Below are positions 21,882 through 33,001 of a stretch of DNA of 64,000 nt, piece after piece (the first letter of the stretch is position 1; the number at the start of each line of letters is the position of its first letter). The notes under the pieces are model-generated. The model was not told where the DNA came from, did no database searches, and saw only the letters and a program-made list of their open reading frames with translations. Source of the DNA: an uncultured Gemmatimonadales bacterium (GTDB lineage Bacteria; Gemmatimonadota; Gemmatimonadetes; Longimicrobiales; RSA9). Where the stretch lies: NCBI GenBank assembly GCA_963798085.1, contig CAWCRS010000007.1, positions 1,376,001-1,440,000 on the forward strand, in the 5' to 3' direction. The position numbers and the translations under genes were made by a program.

Positions 21882-22589
21882 TGGTTCGCGTCGCGGTCTT
21901 CGCATCGGGCGGCGGCACCAATCTCCAGGCTCTCCTCGACCATCTGAACCACAACAACAGCCCGGTTGCCCGCGTGGCGCTGGTCGTGAGCGAACGCGCC
22001 GGTGCGGGCGCACTCGAACGCGCGCGTAGCGCTGGCGTCGCCACACGCATCGTGCCTGTAACCGGGCGCACTGCGGAAGAAGTGGCGGCGGATACGCTGG
22101 AGGCGCTCGAGGCCGAAGCCATCGAGCTGATCGCGCTGGCGGGATACCTGAAGAATGATTCCGCTCGCTGTCGTGCACCGCTTCGCGGGACGCATGCTCA
22201 ACGTGCACCCGGCACTGCTGCCTGCCTTCGGTGGCAAGGGCATGTACGGGCGGCACGTGCACGAAGCCGTGCTGGCGGCAGGCTGCTTCGTGAGCGGCGT
22301 CACCGTGCACCTGGTCGAAGAGCAGTACGACGAGGGCCCGATCATCGCGCAATGGCCCGTGCCCGTGCTGGCAGGCGACACGGCCGATACACTGGCGGCG
22401 CGCGTGCTGCGCGTCGAACACGCTGTTTTTCCGTTCGCCGTCGAAGCCATCGCGCGCCGGTTGCACGACTCGCCCCGCCACGGCTTCGCCGCAACCGACC
22501 CGGCCGGCTTCGCCTGGAGTGAGGGCAGTGCGGAGCTGCTCGCGGGACTGCGCCACCTGTATCCTCGAGGCAAGGGAAAGGACGGGTAA
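21881..22589 (+). CDS. purN: Phosphoribosylglycinamide formyltransferase (apparent +1 frameshift near 22154)
   Basis: ASGGGTNLQAL and LAGYLK, then NVHPALLPAFGGKGMYG and YDEGPII. Confidence 0.92.
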
Positions 22590-24169
22590 TGCCGAAGGCG
22601 TTGCTCAGCGTCTCCGACAAGACCGGCATCGTGCAGCTGGCGCAGGGCCTGACCGCCCTGGGCTGGGAGCTGATCTCGACGGGCGGCACCGCTCGCGCCC
22701 TGCGCGAGGCAGGCCTCGCCGTGCGCGATGTCAGCGACCTCACCGGCCATCCCGAGATGATGGACGGCCGCATCAAGACGCTGCACCCTGCCGTGCACGC
22801 GGGCCTGCTGGCAAGACGCGAGCACGCGGGCGACATGGACGCGCTGCAGGCGCAGGGCTACGCGCCCATCGACCTGGTGTGCGTGAATCTGTACCCGTTC
22901 GCCAACGCGGCTGCGCGGGGCGCGCCGCTGCACGAGGCGATCGAACAGATCGACATCGGCGGACCCACCATGCTGCGCTCGGCCGCCAAAAACTACGCCG
23001 CCGTGCTCGTGCTCGTGGACCCGGCCGACTACACGCGCGCCCTCAATGCGCTGCGTGCGACCGCCGTCGATGACACACTGCGCCTGGAGCTGGCGACGAA
23101 GGTGTTCGCACACACGGCCGCGTACGACGCGGCGATCGCCGGATACCTCGAGCGTACGCGCGAAGACACCGCGGCAACGCCGGAAATGGCGCTTTCCAAC
23201 ACGCTGTTTCCGCCCGTGGTGCGGCTCGAGCTGCGGCGGGTCCAGGCGCTGCGGTACGGCGAGAACCCGGACCAGCTGGCGGCTTTCTACGCGGAGCGCG
23301 CTGCGCCAGCCGGCTCGCTGCCGGAGATGCAGCAGCTGCAGGGCAAGGAGCTGTCTTTCAACAATCTGCTGGATGCCGAAGCCGCGGTGACCGCGATCTC
23401 CGCATGGCACGGCGATGGCCGCGCCGCGTGCGCCATCATCAAGCACAACACGCCCTGCGGCGTGGCGCTCGCGGATTCTCTCGAAGAGGCGTATGTGCGC
23501 GCACTGGCCACAGACCCGGTGTCAGCATTCGGCGGCATCGTCGCCTGCAATCTGGCCGTGGACGGCGCCACCGCGACGCGACTGGCGGAGCATTTCCTCG
23601 AGATCATCATTGCGCCCGGCTTCGACGCGGAGGCGCGCGCGGCACTGCAGCGCAAGAAGAACCTGCGACTCATCGCACTGCCGCTCTCGCCCGCGGGGGA
23701 ACAGGAACTGGACTGGAAGCGCGTGCGCGGCGGCTTCCTCGCACAGCAGCGCATGCGCATGGCGTTTGCCGAGGAGACGTGGCGGGTGGTCACACGGCGG
23801 GCGCCGGATGCGGCAGCCATGCAGGACCTCCGCTTCGCATGGCGGGTAGCGGCCTGCGTGAAGTCGAACGCCATCGTGCTGGCGAGGGATGCGCGCACAC
23901 TGGGCATCGGCGCGGGTCAGATGAGCCGCGTCGATGCGTCGCGGCTGGCCGTCCTGAAGGCCGCCGACCAGAAGGCAGACCTGCGTGGCGCGGCGCTGGC
24001 GTCGGATGCGTTCTTTCCGTTCCGCGACGGCGTCAATGCGGCGGCGGAACACGGTGTTACCAGCGTGATCCAGCCGGGCGGCTCGGTGCGCGATGACGAG
24101 GTGATCGCGGCCGCGGACGCACACGACATGGCCATGGTCTTCACCGGCAGACGGGTGTTCAGACACTGA
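22589..24169 (+). CDS. purH: Bifunctional AICAR transformylase/IMP cyclohydrolase
   Basis: [41 protein letters not shown] and QPGGSVRD motifs. Confidence 0.97.
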   Translation: MPKALLSVSDKTGIVQLAQGLTALGWELISTGGTARALREAGLAVRDVSDLTGHPEMMDGRIKTLHPAVHAGLLARREHAGDMDALQAQGYAPIDLVCVNLYPFANAAARGAPLHEAIEQIDIGGPTMLRSAAKNYAAVLVLVDPADYTRALNALRATAVDDTLRLELATKVFAHTAAYDAAIAGYLERTREDTAATPEMALSNTLFPPVVRLELRRVQALRYGENPDQLAAFYAERAAPAGSLPEMQQLQGKELSFNNLLDAEAAVTAISAWHGDGRAACAIIKHNTPCGVALADSLEEAYVRALATDPVSAFGGIVACNLAVDGATATRLAEHFLEIIIAPGFDAEARAALQRKKNLRLIALPLSPAGEQELDWKRVRGGFLAQQRMRMAFAEETWRVVTRRAPDAAAMQDLRFAWRVAACVKSNAIVLARDARTLGIGAGQMSRVDASRLAVLKAADQKADLRGAALASDAFFPFRDGVNAAAEHGVTSVIQPGGSVRDDEVIAAADAHDMAMVFTGRRVFRH

Positions 24170-24181
24170 GACGGGGGCAGG

Positions 24182-25660
24182 GTGGTACGCCGCCGGAGGC
24201 ACAGCGACAGGCAGCGTGGGCGGGCACGAGCGGCCGTGCGCCGCGGCGTGCAGCGCGGGGTGCAGCGGAGTCAGGCCACCGCACGGCGGGTGCGCACGTG
24301 GTCGCAGACCGTGCCCGGAAGGCTGTGGCTGGCTTTCAGCGGGACCCTCGGCATCGTCATCCTGATCTTCGCGCTGGTCGGTGTACCGCACGTCTTCCGC
24401 GGCGTACCGCTGCACTACGTCGTCGATCTGGACGCCTCGAAGTCGATCGCGCCGCCCTCGCCTGAATTCCGACGTGCCATGCAGCTGGCGACACACACGG
24501 CTTTGCTGCCCGGCGCCACCGTGGAGCTGCTCAACGATGGCGCCATCTTTCCCCGGCTGTTCGCCGATCTGCGCGCGGCACAACGCTCCATTACCATGGT
24601 CAGCTACTACGGTGTGCCCGGCAACGTGGCCGATACACTGGCGGTGATCCTGGAGGAGCGCGCGCGCGCCGGCATCCCGGTCTACTGGGTGCACGATGCC
24701 GTCGGGTCATCCGACCTGCCGCCTCGCTACTTCGCGTCCATCCGCGCCGCGGGCGCCCACATCGCGGTTTTCCGGCCGCTGCGCTGGTACACGCTGGATC
24801 GGCTGAATCACAGATCCCACGTCCGCGCCGTCGTGATCGATGGCGCCATCGGCTACACGGGCGGGTTCGGGTTCGGTGACACGTGGCTGGGCGATGGTCA
24901 TGACGAGGGCCAGTGGCGCGACACCAACGTGCGTGTCACCGGGCCGCCCGTGCCGCAGCTGCAGCAGGCGTTCATTGCGCACTGGGCGGAAGCGGCGCAC
25001 GAGCTGCTCGCAGGAGAGGCACTGCTGCCGCCGGTCATGGCCGCAGCGACCGCCAGAGCGGCCGCGGACACGACAGGTCAAAGCCCGTCGCAGGAGAGTG
25101 AGGGGAGGCCCGAGCTGGCGGGCGCCATGTCCAGCCCCGCGGGCGTGGGCAGCAGCGTGGCTTCGCGTCTGATGGCTCTTTCGCTGGCTGCCGCGCAGCA
25201 CACGCTGTTCATCACTAACGCGTACTTTGCACCGGATGCCGACTATCTGCGCATGCTGCGTGAGGCGAAGGCGAGGGGCGTGGACGTGCGCGTGCTGACC
25301 AATGGCGAGAAGAGCGACGTGCAGCTGTCATGGCTGGCAGGGCGAAGGCGTTACGAAGACCTGCTGCGCGGCGGCGTCCGCATCTACGAGTACCAGCCGA
25401 CCGTGCTGCACCCCAAGACCCTGGTCGTCGATGGCATCTGGTCCGCCGTCGGCACGGTCAACTTCGACAACCGGTCCCTCGCCTTCAATGACGAGATGAG
25501 CATGCTCGTGCTCGACCCGCGCTTCGGCGCGCAGATGGATTCGCTGTTCCGGCACGACCTGCAGTATGCCACGGAGATACAGCTGGCTGAATTCCAGCGG
25601 CGCTCGTGGACGGAGCGCGTGCTCGAGTTCGGCGCCGACCTGCTCTGGCGCTGGCTCTGA
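24182..25660 (+). CDS. Cardiolipin synthase-like phospholipase D
   Basis: Two PLD motifs (HVRAVVID variant; [14 protein letters not shown]), WRDT, NAYFAP and an N-terminal TM helix. Start uncertain. Confidence 0.85.
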   Translation: MVRRRRHSDRQRGRARAAVRRGVQRGVQRSQATARRVRTWSQTVPGRLWLAFSGTLGIVILIFALVGVPHVFRGVPLHYVVDLDASKSIAPPSPEFRRAMQLATHTALLPGATVELLNDGAIFPRLFADLRAAQRSITMVSYYGVPGNVADTLAVILEERARAGIPVYWVHDAVGSSDLPPRYFASIRAAGAHIAVFRPLRWYTLDRLNHRSHVRAVVIDGAIGYTGGFGFGDTWLGDGHDEGQWRDTNVRVTGPPVPQLQQAFIAHWAEAAHELLAGEALLPPVMAAATARAAADTTGQSPSQESEGRPELAGAMSSPAGVGSSVASRLMALSLAAAQHTLFITNAYFAPDADYLRMLREAKARGVDVRVLTNGEKSDVQLSWLAGRRRYEDLLRGGVRIYEYQPTVLHPKTLVVDGIWSAVGTVNFDNRSLAFNDEMSMLVLDPRFGAQMDSLFRHDLQYATEIQLAEFQRRSWTERVLEFGADLLWRWL

Positions 25661-25679
25661 TCCCGAAAACGGAGGCCGC

Positions 25680-26114
25680 ATGGCGCGCACCGTCGTGACC
25701 CGCCTGATCGACGCCCCGATCGATGTGGTGTTCCTCGCCGTGGCCGATATCCGCGAATTCTCGCAGGCGGTGCCCGAGGTGGTCCGCTTCGAGTTCCTGT
25801 CCGAAGTCCGCTCGGGCGTGGGCACACGCTTCCGCGAGACGCGCGTCATGAAGGGCAGGGAATCGACCACCGAGCTGGAAGTCACCGAGTACCGGCCGAA
25901 CGAGCACGTGCGCATGGTCGCGCAGGGTCAGGGCACGGTCTGGGACACGGTGTTCCAGGTGCAGCCGGCCGACGGTCAGACGCAGCTCACCGTGACCATG
26001 GACGCGCGCAGTAACAAGCTGTTACCACGCATCATGAACTACCTGATCCGCGGCATGATCCAGAAGGCGATCGAGGGCAACATGGACTCGGTGAAGGCGT
26101 TCTGCGAGCGCTGA
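25680..26114 (+). CDS. SRPBCC/polyketide cyclase family protein
   Basis: GGAGG RBS; IDAPIDVVF and GVGTRFRETR. Confidence 0.82.
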   Translation: MARTVVTRLIDAPIDVVFLAVADIREFSQAVPEVVRFEFLSEVRSGVGTRFRETRVMKGRESTTELEVTEYRPNEHVRMVAQGQGTVWDTVFQVQPADGQTQLTVTMDARSNKLLPRIMNYLIRGMIQKAIEGNMDSVKAFCER

Positions 26115-26169
26115 AGCCGGCCGCACCGCAAGGGGCTCGCCGTGCGGCCGGGAGGGGTCCAACAGGTTG

Positions 26170-28893
26170 TCAGGTCGAGCGCAGCGCCGTCACGGGGTCG
26201 GTGCCCGATGCCCGCCGCGCGGGGAGGAAGCCCGCCAGCGCGGCAACCAGAAGCAGAATCGTCGCCATCAGCAGGAAGGTCAGCGGGTCCGTGGGCTGCA
26301 CGCCGAACAGCAGCGACCGGATGAGGCGGGACAGCGCCAGGGAAAGCGCCGCGCCGATGGTCACGCCCAGACCCGCCAGCAGCAGCGTGCGGCGGACCAC
26401 GCGCCAGCGCACCTGCCACGATGTCTCGCCCAGCACCATGCGGATGCCGATCTCGGGCGTGCGCTGGCTCACGGAGTAGGAGAGCACGGCGTAGATCCCG
26501 AGCGCTGCCAGCAGCAGGCCGGTCGCGGCAAATCCCGCAATGATCAGCAGCACGAAGCGGCGAGGCGAAATGGCGCGCGCCACCACGGCATCCATGGTCT
26601 GGTAATCATCCACGGGCATCGCGGGATCTACGCTGCGAATCACGACGGCAACATTGCGCACGAGCGTGGGCAGCGGCAGCGACGAGCGCACCATCAGGGT
26701 CAACGCGCTGAAGCCGCCCGACACCTGGGCCGATGCGAGGTACATCTCGCTGCCGGAGCCCTGCTCGAGCGACTGATGCCGCACATCGGCCACGATACCC
26801 ACGACCTCGAAGGTGTCATTCACGATTGCTGTCTTGCGGCCGAGCGGGTCGTGGTCGCCAAACAGCTTCTTTGCAGCCGTCCGGTTCAGGATCACCACGC
26901 CGTGTTCCTTCGCGTCATCGAACTGCGTGAAGTAACGGCCGGCCAGCAGCGGGATGCGCATGGTCTGGAGATAGCCGCTGTCCACCAGGCGGGGGAACGC
27001 GGAAGGGTTCTCGTTCCTGGCATAGGCCACACCAACCACGCCAATCGGCCACTCGCGATTGCGCCCCAGCGGCGGCGTGTCCGTCAGGCCCACAGCCTCG
27101 ACGCCCGGCAGCGAACGCGTGCGCGCGGCGAGATCGCCGTAGAACGCCGAAGCCTGTTCGCGGTTGTCGAACTGGCGCGTCGTGTCCACACGCCAGGCTA
27201 CGACGCCTGAAGATTCGAAGCCGGGATCGACATCGAGCACGTGCACGAAGCTGCGCAGCAGCAGACCGCTGCCGATCAGCAGGACACATGCGGCGGCCGT
27301 CTCACTCACGACCAGCGCCTCGCGGACGAACGCGCCGCGGCGCCCTTCGGTGGAGCCGCGGCTGGACTCGCGCATGGCCTGCGCCTCCCGGCCGCGCAGG
27401 ACCTGCAGCACGGGCGCGATGCCGATGAGAATGCCGACCAGCAATGTCACCGCCACGGCGTACGCCAGGACCTCGCCGTCCATGCGTACCGTGCGCAGCA
27501 ACGGAATGCTGACCAATGTCATGTGCGCCACGGCACGAGTGACGGTCCACGCCATGGTCACACCGAGCACACCGCCGGTGATCGCCAGGACCATGCTCTC
27601 GATCGAGAGCTGGCGCAGCAGGCGACGACGGTTGGCGCCGAGTGCACTGCGCACCGCCAACTCCTTGTTACGGGAGCGGCCGCGGGCCAGCAGCAGGTTC
27701 GAGAGGTTGGCGCACGCCACCAGCAGCACCGCGCACGCGGCCGCCGCCAGCAGCAGCATGGCTGCGCGCTGCTGACCGGCAATGTGCTCGCGCAGCGGTG
27801 TCACGTACGCGCCCAGGCCCCAGCGGTTCGCATCATTGCGGCGCAGCAGCTCACTCACGCGGTCGAGATCGGCCTGCGCACTCGCCACTGTGGCGCCCGG
27901 CTTGAGCCGCCCGATGATCGCCAGCGTGTTGCCCCAGCGATCCGTTTCCGGCGAGATGGGGAACGGCACGAGGAAATCAATGCGCGATGCGGGCGTGAAC
28001 GTGGACGCGAAGTCGAACGACGCGGGCAGGACTCCGACGATCTCCGTCGGCTGATCGTTCAACGTGATCGACTGGCCCACGACCGCGGGATTGGCGTTGA
28101 ACCGTCGCACCCAGAACTCATGCGTGAGGATCGCGGCGGGACGCCCGTTCCAGACACTCTCCTCCGCGCTGAAGCCCCGACCCAGCTGCGGCCGCACCCC
28201 CAGCACATCGAGGAAGTTCTGCGCAATGCCTGCGCCTACCAGCCGCTGCGGGTCGCCTCGCCCCACCATCGTGTAGCTGCCATAGTCGAAGAACGCCATG
28301 TAGCCGGTCAGCGACTCGAAGGTACGGCTCATTTCGCGATACGCGCGCAGGTTGTCGGCACGCGATGTCACGGAAGAGAGACCCCCCTGCGTACCGTGCG
28401 CGACCCAGACGAGCCGGTCGGCATCATGAAACGGCAGTGGCCGGATCAGCAGCGGACTCATTACGCTGAAAACAGCCGTGTTCGCACCTATGCCGATCGC
28501 CATGATGAGCGCGGCGAACGTGAAGAACGCCGGCTCGTGGCGCATCTTGCGCAGCGCGTAACGAGCATCGTCGCCTGTGCCACTGAGCCGCAGCCCGAGC
28601 CGCGTCATCAACCGTCTCCGTGGGAGAAAGGAAAGCGATGCCGTGAGACGGCCTCGCCGGGCCGTGGCGTATTCCGCGGGAAGCCGCCGCAGCAGATCCA
28701 GCGTGGTCGCGAACAGCGTGCGCAGCAACGCCAGCGTACCGCCACGTTCCATGGCATCACGCGCGATGTGCCGAAACAGCGCGCGCCCGGAAGCCCCATG
28801 ACGCCGGCGCCGGATCGCGGGCAGCAGCCACTGCAGCGCGCCGAACACACGCACCGCAAGCGCAACGCGGCGCCGGCCGCTCACGCCCATCAC
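26170..28893 (-). CDS. ADOP-family duplicated MacB/FtsX-type permease
   Basis: DDARYALR, GIGANTAVFSV, LLVACANLSNLLLAR, ELAVRSALGA, QRTPEIGIRMVLG and PARRA..DPVTALR. Confidence 0.9.
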   Translation of the reverse strand: MMGVSGRRRVALAVRVFGALQWLLPAIRRRRHGASGRALFRHIARDAMERGGTLALLRTLFATTLDLLRRLPAEYATARRGRLTASLSFLPRRRLMTRLGLRLSGTGDDARYALRKMRHEPAFFTFAALIMAIGIGANTAVFSVMSPLLIRPLPFHDADRLVWVAHGTQGGLSSVTSRADNLRAYREMSRTFESLTGYMAFFDYGSYTMVGRGDPQRLVGAGIAQNFLDVLGVRPQLGRGFSAEESVWNGRPAAILTHEFWVRRFNANPAVVGQSITLNDQPTEIVGVLPASFDFASTFTPASRIDFLVPFPISPETDRWGNTLAIIGRLKPGATVASAQADLDRVSELLRRNDANRWGLGAYVTPLREHIAGQQRAAMLLLAAAACAVLLVACANLSNLLLARGRSRNKELAVRSALGANRRRLLRQLSIESMVLAITGGVLGVTMAWTVTRAVAHMTLVSIPLLRTVRMDGEVLAYAVAVTLLVGILIGIAPVLQVLRGREAQAMRESSRGSTEGRRGAFVREALVVSETAAACVLLIGSGLLLRSFVHVLDVDPGFESSGVVAWRVDTTRQFDNREQASAFYGDLAARTRSLPGVEAVGLTDTPPLGRNREWPIGVVGVAYARNENPSAFPRLVDSGYLQTMRIPLLAGRYFTQFDDAKEHGVVILNRTAAKKLFGDHDPLGRKTAIVNDTFEVVGIVADVRHQSLEQGSGSEMYLASAQVSGGFSALTLMVRSSLPLPTLVRNVAVVIRSVDPAMPVDDYQTMDAVVARAISPRRFVLLIIAGFAATGLLLAALGIYAVLSYSVSQRTPEIGIRMVLGETSWQVRWRVVRRTLLLAGLGVTIGAALSLALSRLIRSLLFGVQPTDPLTFLLMATILLLVAALAGFLPARRASGTDPVTALRST

Positions 28894-29270
28894 GCTTCCT
28901 CAGGCCGCGACTGCCGGGCGCGCGACTCGCGCACCAGCGCCGCCAGACGATCCGTCTCCGCCGCCAGCACCGCGCGGCCCAGCGCAGTCAAACGGTAGAA
29001 GCGACGCTGCACTTCATCCGCCGGCCCATCGACGAGGTCCGTCTCCTCGATCAGGCCATCGTCTTCCAGCGTGGCGAGCGTGCCATAGAGCGTCGTCGGC
29101 CAGAGGCGGATCGCGCCGTCCGTGCGCGCTTCCACTTCCTGCCGTATCGCGTAGCCGTGCGCCTCGGCGCCGGCCAGCGTGAGCAGCACGTGGAAGGGCA
29201 CGGGCTTGAGGGGCAGGAACGCGCGCGCGCGCGTGTCGCCGTGGGTTGCGGCAGCGGTTTTCCGGGTCAT
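28890..29270 (-). CDS. PadR-family transcriptional regulator
   Basis: HVLLTL, HGYAI, TLYGTL and RRFYRLTALGR; overlaps the permease start. Confidence 0.9.
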   Translation of the reverse strand: MTRKTAAATHGDTRARAFLPLKPVPFHVLLTLAGAEAHGYAIRQEVEARTDGAIRLWPTTLYGTLATLEDDGLIEETDLVDGPADEVQRRFYRLTALGRAVLAAETDRLAALVRESRARQSRPEEA

Positions 29271-29278
29271 GGGCTCAT

Positions 29279-29332
29279 CCGATATCGGTTCATACCGGTA
29301 TCATTCTATACATAGTGCCCGGGATCGGACAA
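29279..29332 (-). promoter_or_regulatory. padR promoter with two palindromic candidate operators
   Basis: Minus-strand TTGTCC-N18-TAGAAT; palindromes ATACCGGTAT (29292-29301) and CCGATATCGG (29279-29288). Confidence 0.55.
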
Positions 29333-29351
29333 GGGGGTCGGCCGGGTGCGG

Positions 29352-30110
29352 TCAGATCATCACGGCGCCGCCCGCTACATCGAGCACGACGCCGGACACC
29401 CAGCCGGCATCGTCCGAGGCGAGGTAGAGCGCGGCGCGGGCGACATCCTCGGGCGTGCCCAGGCGGCGGATGGGATGCTGCTCGATCATTGTGGCCTGCA
29501 CCGCCTCAGGAATCTGCTGCTGGTTGCGTTCGGTCAGAATCGATTCCGGCGCGATGCAGTTGACGCGCACGCCGCGCGGACCTGCCTGCGCAGCGGCATC
29601 GCGGGTCAGCATGATGATGCCCGCCTTCGCCGCCGCATACGGGACCGGTGAGTTTGGATGCGGCCGGCGCGCGGCTGCCGAGGACATCGTGATGATGCTG
29701 CCCCGGCCGCGCTGTTTCATGCCCGGCAGGAAACTCCTGATCGTGAGGAACGTCGCCGTGAGGTTGACATCGATGCCGGCGCGCCAGGCTTCCTCGGTGA
29801 TGTCCTCGATGGGGCCCGGCTTCGTCGGATTCCCGCCCGCATTCGCGACGACGATATCGGCCGGCCCGAGCTGCTCCTCGATCTGCCGTCGCAGGTTCTC
29901 GATCTCCGCGAACTTCGTGACATCCGCCGGCACCGCGATGGCCTCACCGCCGGCCGCCCGGATCTCGCGGAGCACATCGGCCAGCGCGGCCGTATCGCGG
30001 CCGCTGACACACACGCGCGCGCCGCTGCGCGCGAACTCCTTCGCGATCGCCGCGCCGATACCGCGTGAACCCCCCGTGACCAGTGCGACCCTTCCATCCA
30101 ATGACGCCAT
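29352..30110 (-). CDS. SDR-family oxidoreductase
   Basis: TGGSRGIG, NAG, YAAAK and RVNCIAP motifs. Confidence 0.93.
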   Translation of the reverse strand: MASLDGRVALVTGGSRGIGAAIAKEFARSGARVCVSGRDTAALADVLREIRAAGGEAIAVPADVTKFAEIENLRRQIEEQLGPADIVVANAGGNPTKPGPIEDITEEAWRAGIDVNLTATFLTIRSFLPGMKQRGRGSIITMSSAAARRPHPNSPVPYAAAKAGIIMLTRDAAAQAGPRGVRVNCIAPESILTERNQQQIPEAVQATMIEQHPIRRLGTPEDVARAALYLASDDAGWVSGVVLDVAGGAVMI

Positions 30111-30351
30111 GACAGCTCCCTCGTTTCCGGGTCGGCTTTCCAATTCCGCTATCTAGACGAAGGGGTCCGTGCCGCGTCGCGTTCCGGGAAGTGCTTCGAT
30201 CTTGCTTTGGAAGGTTGAGCGCGATCGTGTGCCGAACAGGACCAGGGCGGGAGTGGACGGCCGAGTCGAGGCGGCTCGGTCCAGCAATCGGCCGCGTGCC
30301 GCGATGATTGCTTCGCAGGAAGGGTCCGTGGTTTTAGATTCGTGGACATTG

Positions 30352-30434
30352 GGAGGGCTCGCATAATGGTATTGCAGCGGTCTTGAAAACCGCCGGCCCA
30401 AAAGGCCTTCGGGGTTCGAATCCCCGGCCCTCCG
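30352..30434 (+). tRNA. tRNA-Ser(TGA)
   Basis: Acceptor GGAGGGC/GCCCTCC with discriminator G; anticodon arm GCGGT-CTTGAAA-ACCGC; variable arm GGCC/GGCC; T arm CGGGG-TTCGAAT-CCCCG. CCA not encoded. Confidence 0.93.
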
Positions 30435-30468
30435 CTTCCAACTGACTGCTATCGACGGAACGCTGACC

Positions 30469-30672
30469 TCAGCCCGGGGATTGCTGCGAGCTTGTGTGCC
30501 GCAGCAAGCGCAGCGCCCAGATGCACAGCGCGGCGCCGATCACGCCGATGATCGGCTCCAGGATGAACCACGGATCGGTACCGAAGCGCGACCACTCGCT
30601 GATGGTGCGGAGCGCGTGCGCCACGGCGAGCAGGCCGAACAGCAGGCCGGTGGTGATCAGGTATGCCTTCAT
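30469..30672 (-). CDS. Small two-TM membrane protein
   Basis: 67 aa, two hydrophobic segments, GGAGG RBS. Confidence 0.65.
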   Translation of the reverse strand: MKAYLITTGLLFGLLAVAHALRTISEWSRFGTDPWFILEPIIGVIGAALCIWALRLLRHTSSQQSPG

Positions 30673-30712
30673 GAGGCCCCTCCGCTCCTGACAGATTCTT
30701 GGAGAAGTTGCG

Positions 30713-31957
30713 CTAGCGGCCTACCGTCGCGACGGCCAGCAGACTCACCGCCGCGAGCGTGGTCTGCGCTGCATTGAGCCCCAGCCGGAAGTCCTTGTCG
30801 TTGTAGGTGGAGAAGACGTCGGTCGGCTGGTGCCACTGCGGGTCCCAGCCGCTGCCGATCTGGGCCAGGCGCTCGTTCTCGCGCAGGCTGATGGCGGCGA
30901 CGTAGTCCTGGAACGAGCCAGAATCCGTGTTGCTCATGCGGTCGCCTACCGCGGCCGGGTAGTCGGTCGCGTAGCGGTCGTTGGCCTGCCGGAAGAACCA
31001 GGCGAGCTTCTGCGCATCGTCCGCCATCTTCGATGCGCCCGCAAACTCGATGTTAACATCGGCTTCGCGGCGCTGCTCCGGGCTGACCTTGCCATCGGGG
31101 CCGGGCATGCCGTGGTCGAACAGCATCATGTCGTGCTGGATCATGCCCAGCCATTTCGGCTCGGGATACCGTCCCGAGCCCGCCGGCTGCTCCTGCCCCT
31201 GCAGCGGGGCGCGCTGCTGCACATAGGCGCGGGCGCCGCCACCCGTTTCTTCGTTGTTGAACAGGATGAAGCGGATGGAGCGCTCGGTCTTCACGTCAGG
31301 CGCGTTGAGGATGCGCGCCAGCTCCATGACCAGTGCCGAGCCCGAGCCGTCATCGTTGGCGGCAGCGCCGAAGCCGTGACCGTCCATGTGCCCGCCCACG
31401 ATGTACATTTCCTCCGGATGCGCGCTGCCGATCTTCGTGCAGTAGACTTCCTCGCGCGGCCCCGGCTGGTCCGGCTCCGCGTTGATCTCGCGCAGCTTCG
31501 GATCCGGCTGCAGCTCGGGATTGATGTTGACGCCGGTGGGGCCGCGCATCCCCTTGGGCGGATTGTTCGCGCGACCCGCACCGCCGCCTCGCCGCTGTCC
31601 GCCACCCGCCGCGCCACGCTGCCCGCGGTTGCCGAGGCCGCTCGTGTCGCCGGGCTGGCGCAGCTGCCGGCCCAGGTACTCGTACTTGATGCGCTCCGTG
31701 TTGGTGCAGCCGTAGCTCTTGAGCTGCGCCTCGATCCAGTCGACGGCCGCGCGGTTGCGGCTCGTGCCCTGGCGGCGGTCGCCGAACTGCGTGAGTCCGC
31801 GGATGGTCGCCTTGTACTTCTCCAGATCGAGGCGACTCACGAGCGTGCGTACCGGATCGGTCGAGTCCGCGGGTGTCTGCCCGCCACCCTGTGCCAGCGC
31901 GGGTGTACCGAACAGTAGAAGTCCGCAGCTCACGAGGAAGCATCGGCGTGCGCGCAT
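30713..31957 (-). CDS. Exported M28-family metallopeptidase
   Basis: Signal peptide from MRARR; GGHMD, ANDDGSG, NEE, QHDM, NTDS and WHQPTD. Confidence 0.85.
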   Translation of the reverse strand: MRARRCFLVSCGLLLFGTPALAQGGGQTPADSTDPVRTLVSRLDLEKYKATIRGLTQFGDRRQGTSRNRAAVDWIEAQLKSYGCTNTERIKYEYLGRQLRQPGDTSGLGNRGQRGAAGGGQRRGGGAGRANNPPKGMRGPTGVNINPELQPDPKLREINAEPDQPGPREEVYCTKIGSAHPEEMYIVGGHMDGHGFGAAANDDGSGSALVMELARILNAPDVKTERSIRFILFNNEETGGGARAYVQQRAPLQGQEQPAGSGRYPEPKWLGMIQHDMMLFDHGMPGPDGKVSPEQRREADVNIEFAGASKMADDAQKLAWFFRQANDRYATDYPAAVGDRMSNTDSGSFQDYVAAISLRENERLAQIGSGWDPQWHQPTDVFSTYNDKDFRLGLNAAQTTLAAVSLLAVATVGR

Positions 31958-32079
31958 TCGATCGACTCCGGCGAAAGGTCGGTCGATTCTAGCGCGCGCC
32001 GTGCAGGCGGGCCAGCGCCCGCGTATGTTCTCGGGAGCCCGCGCGGCAGCGGCTGCGCGCGACCGGTTCGGAGCGAGAC

Positions 32080-32904
32080 GTGCAACTGAACGCAACTGAC
32101 GATTCGCGGAAACTGCGCGTTGCCCTCGGGCAATACGATACGGGCTGGCACGACCCGGCCGCATCGCTGGCGCGTGCCGCGCGCGTCATCGAGCGCGCGT
32201 CCGCCGAGGGCGCGCAGCTCGTGGTGCTGCCGGAAACCAGCACGAGCGGCTTCACCATGGAGCCCTCGCGCTACGCCGAGCCCTTGAACGGAAGTTCGGC
32301 GACGACGCTTGCCCGGCTTGCCGTCGCAAAGAAGGTGCACGTGCTCGCCGGCATCGCGACGCGCGAGGTCGTGCAGGGCCGCGAGGTGTTCCGCAACTCG
32401 GCGCTCCTGTTCGGACCCGATGGCGCACTGCTCGCGCAGTACCGCAAACAGCGTCTGTTCGCGGTGGGCGGCGAGGACCGCGCCTACCAGCCAGGCAACT
32501 CGCCTGTCATCGCGGATATCAGCGGTGTTCGCATTGCGCCCTTCATCTGCTACGACCTGCGCTTTCCGGAACTGTTCCGCGCGGCCGCACCGTCCGTGGA
32601 TGCGATGATTCTGATTGCGAACTGGCCGGCGGCGAGGCAAGCGCACTGGGATGTGCTGACGCAGGCGAGGGCAATCGAAAACCAGTGCTTCTTCGTGGCG
32701 GTCAACCGCATTGGCAGTGGCGGCGGCGCCGACTACGACGGCGGTTCCGCTGCCTGGAGTCCGTGGGGCGATCGCCTCTGTCACGCGCGCGACACGGATG
32801 CAGCGAGCGACGCGATCTGCGTTGTGAGCATCGACAGCGGCGAAGTGACGCGTGTTCGCACCCGCTGGCCTTTCGTCCAGGATTGTCGCGCGGTTCGCCC
32901 GTAG
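32080..32904 (+). CDS. Carbon-nitrogen hydrolase (omega-amidase/Nit-like)
   Basis: Catalytic triad in LPE, YRK and ICYDLRFPE; ARAIENQ. Confidence 0.9.
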   Translation: MQLNATDDSRKLRVALGQYDTGWHDPAASLARAARVIERASAEGAQLVVLPETSTSGFTMEPSRYAEPLNGSSATTLARLAVAKKVHVLAGIATREVVQGREVFRNSALLFGPDGALLAQYRKQRLFAVGGEDRAYQPGNSPVIADISGVRIAPFICYDLRFPELFRAAAPSVDAMILIANWPAARQAHWDVLTQARAIENQCFFVAVNRIGSGGGADYDGGSAAWSPWGDRLCHARDTDAASDAICVVSIDSGEVTRVRTRWPFVQDCRAVRP

Positions 32905-33001
32905 CCTGGCCGGCGGCTGCGACTGGTCGCGCAACGCGCCGGGCCGTAGTATTGCCGTGCGGTCGCGCGTTTCCGGTTCGTTATTCCTTCAGGATGGAGT
33001 C

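Noticed and set aside
30352..30434. tRNA-Sec or allo-tRNA (prompted by selA and a compact D arm)
   Set aside because: The anticodon is TGA, not TCA, and the fold is canonical 7/5 with Ser identity elements.
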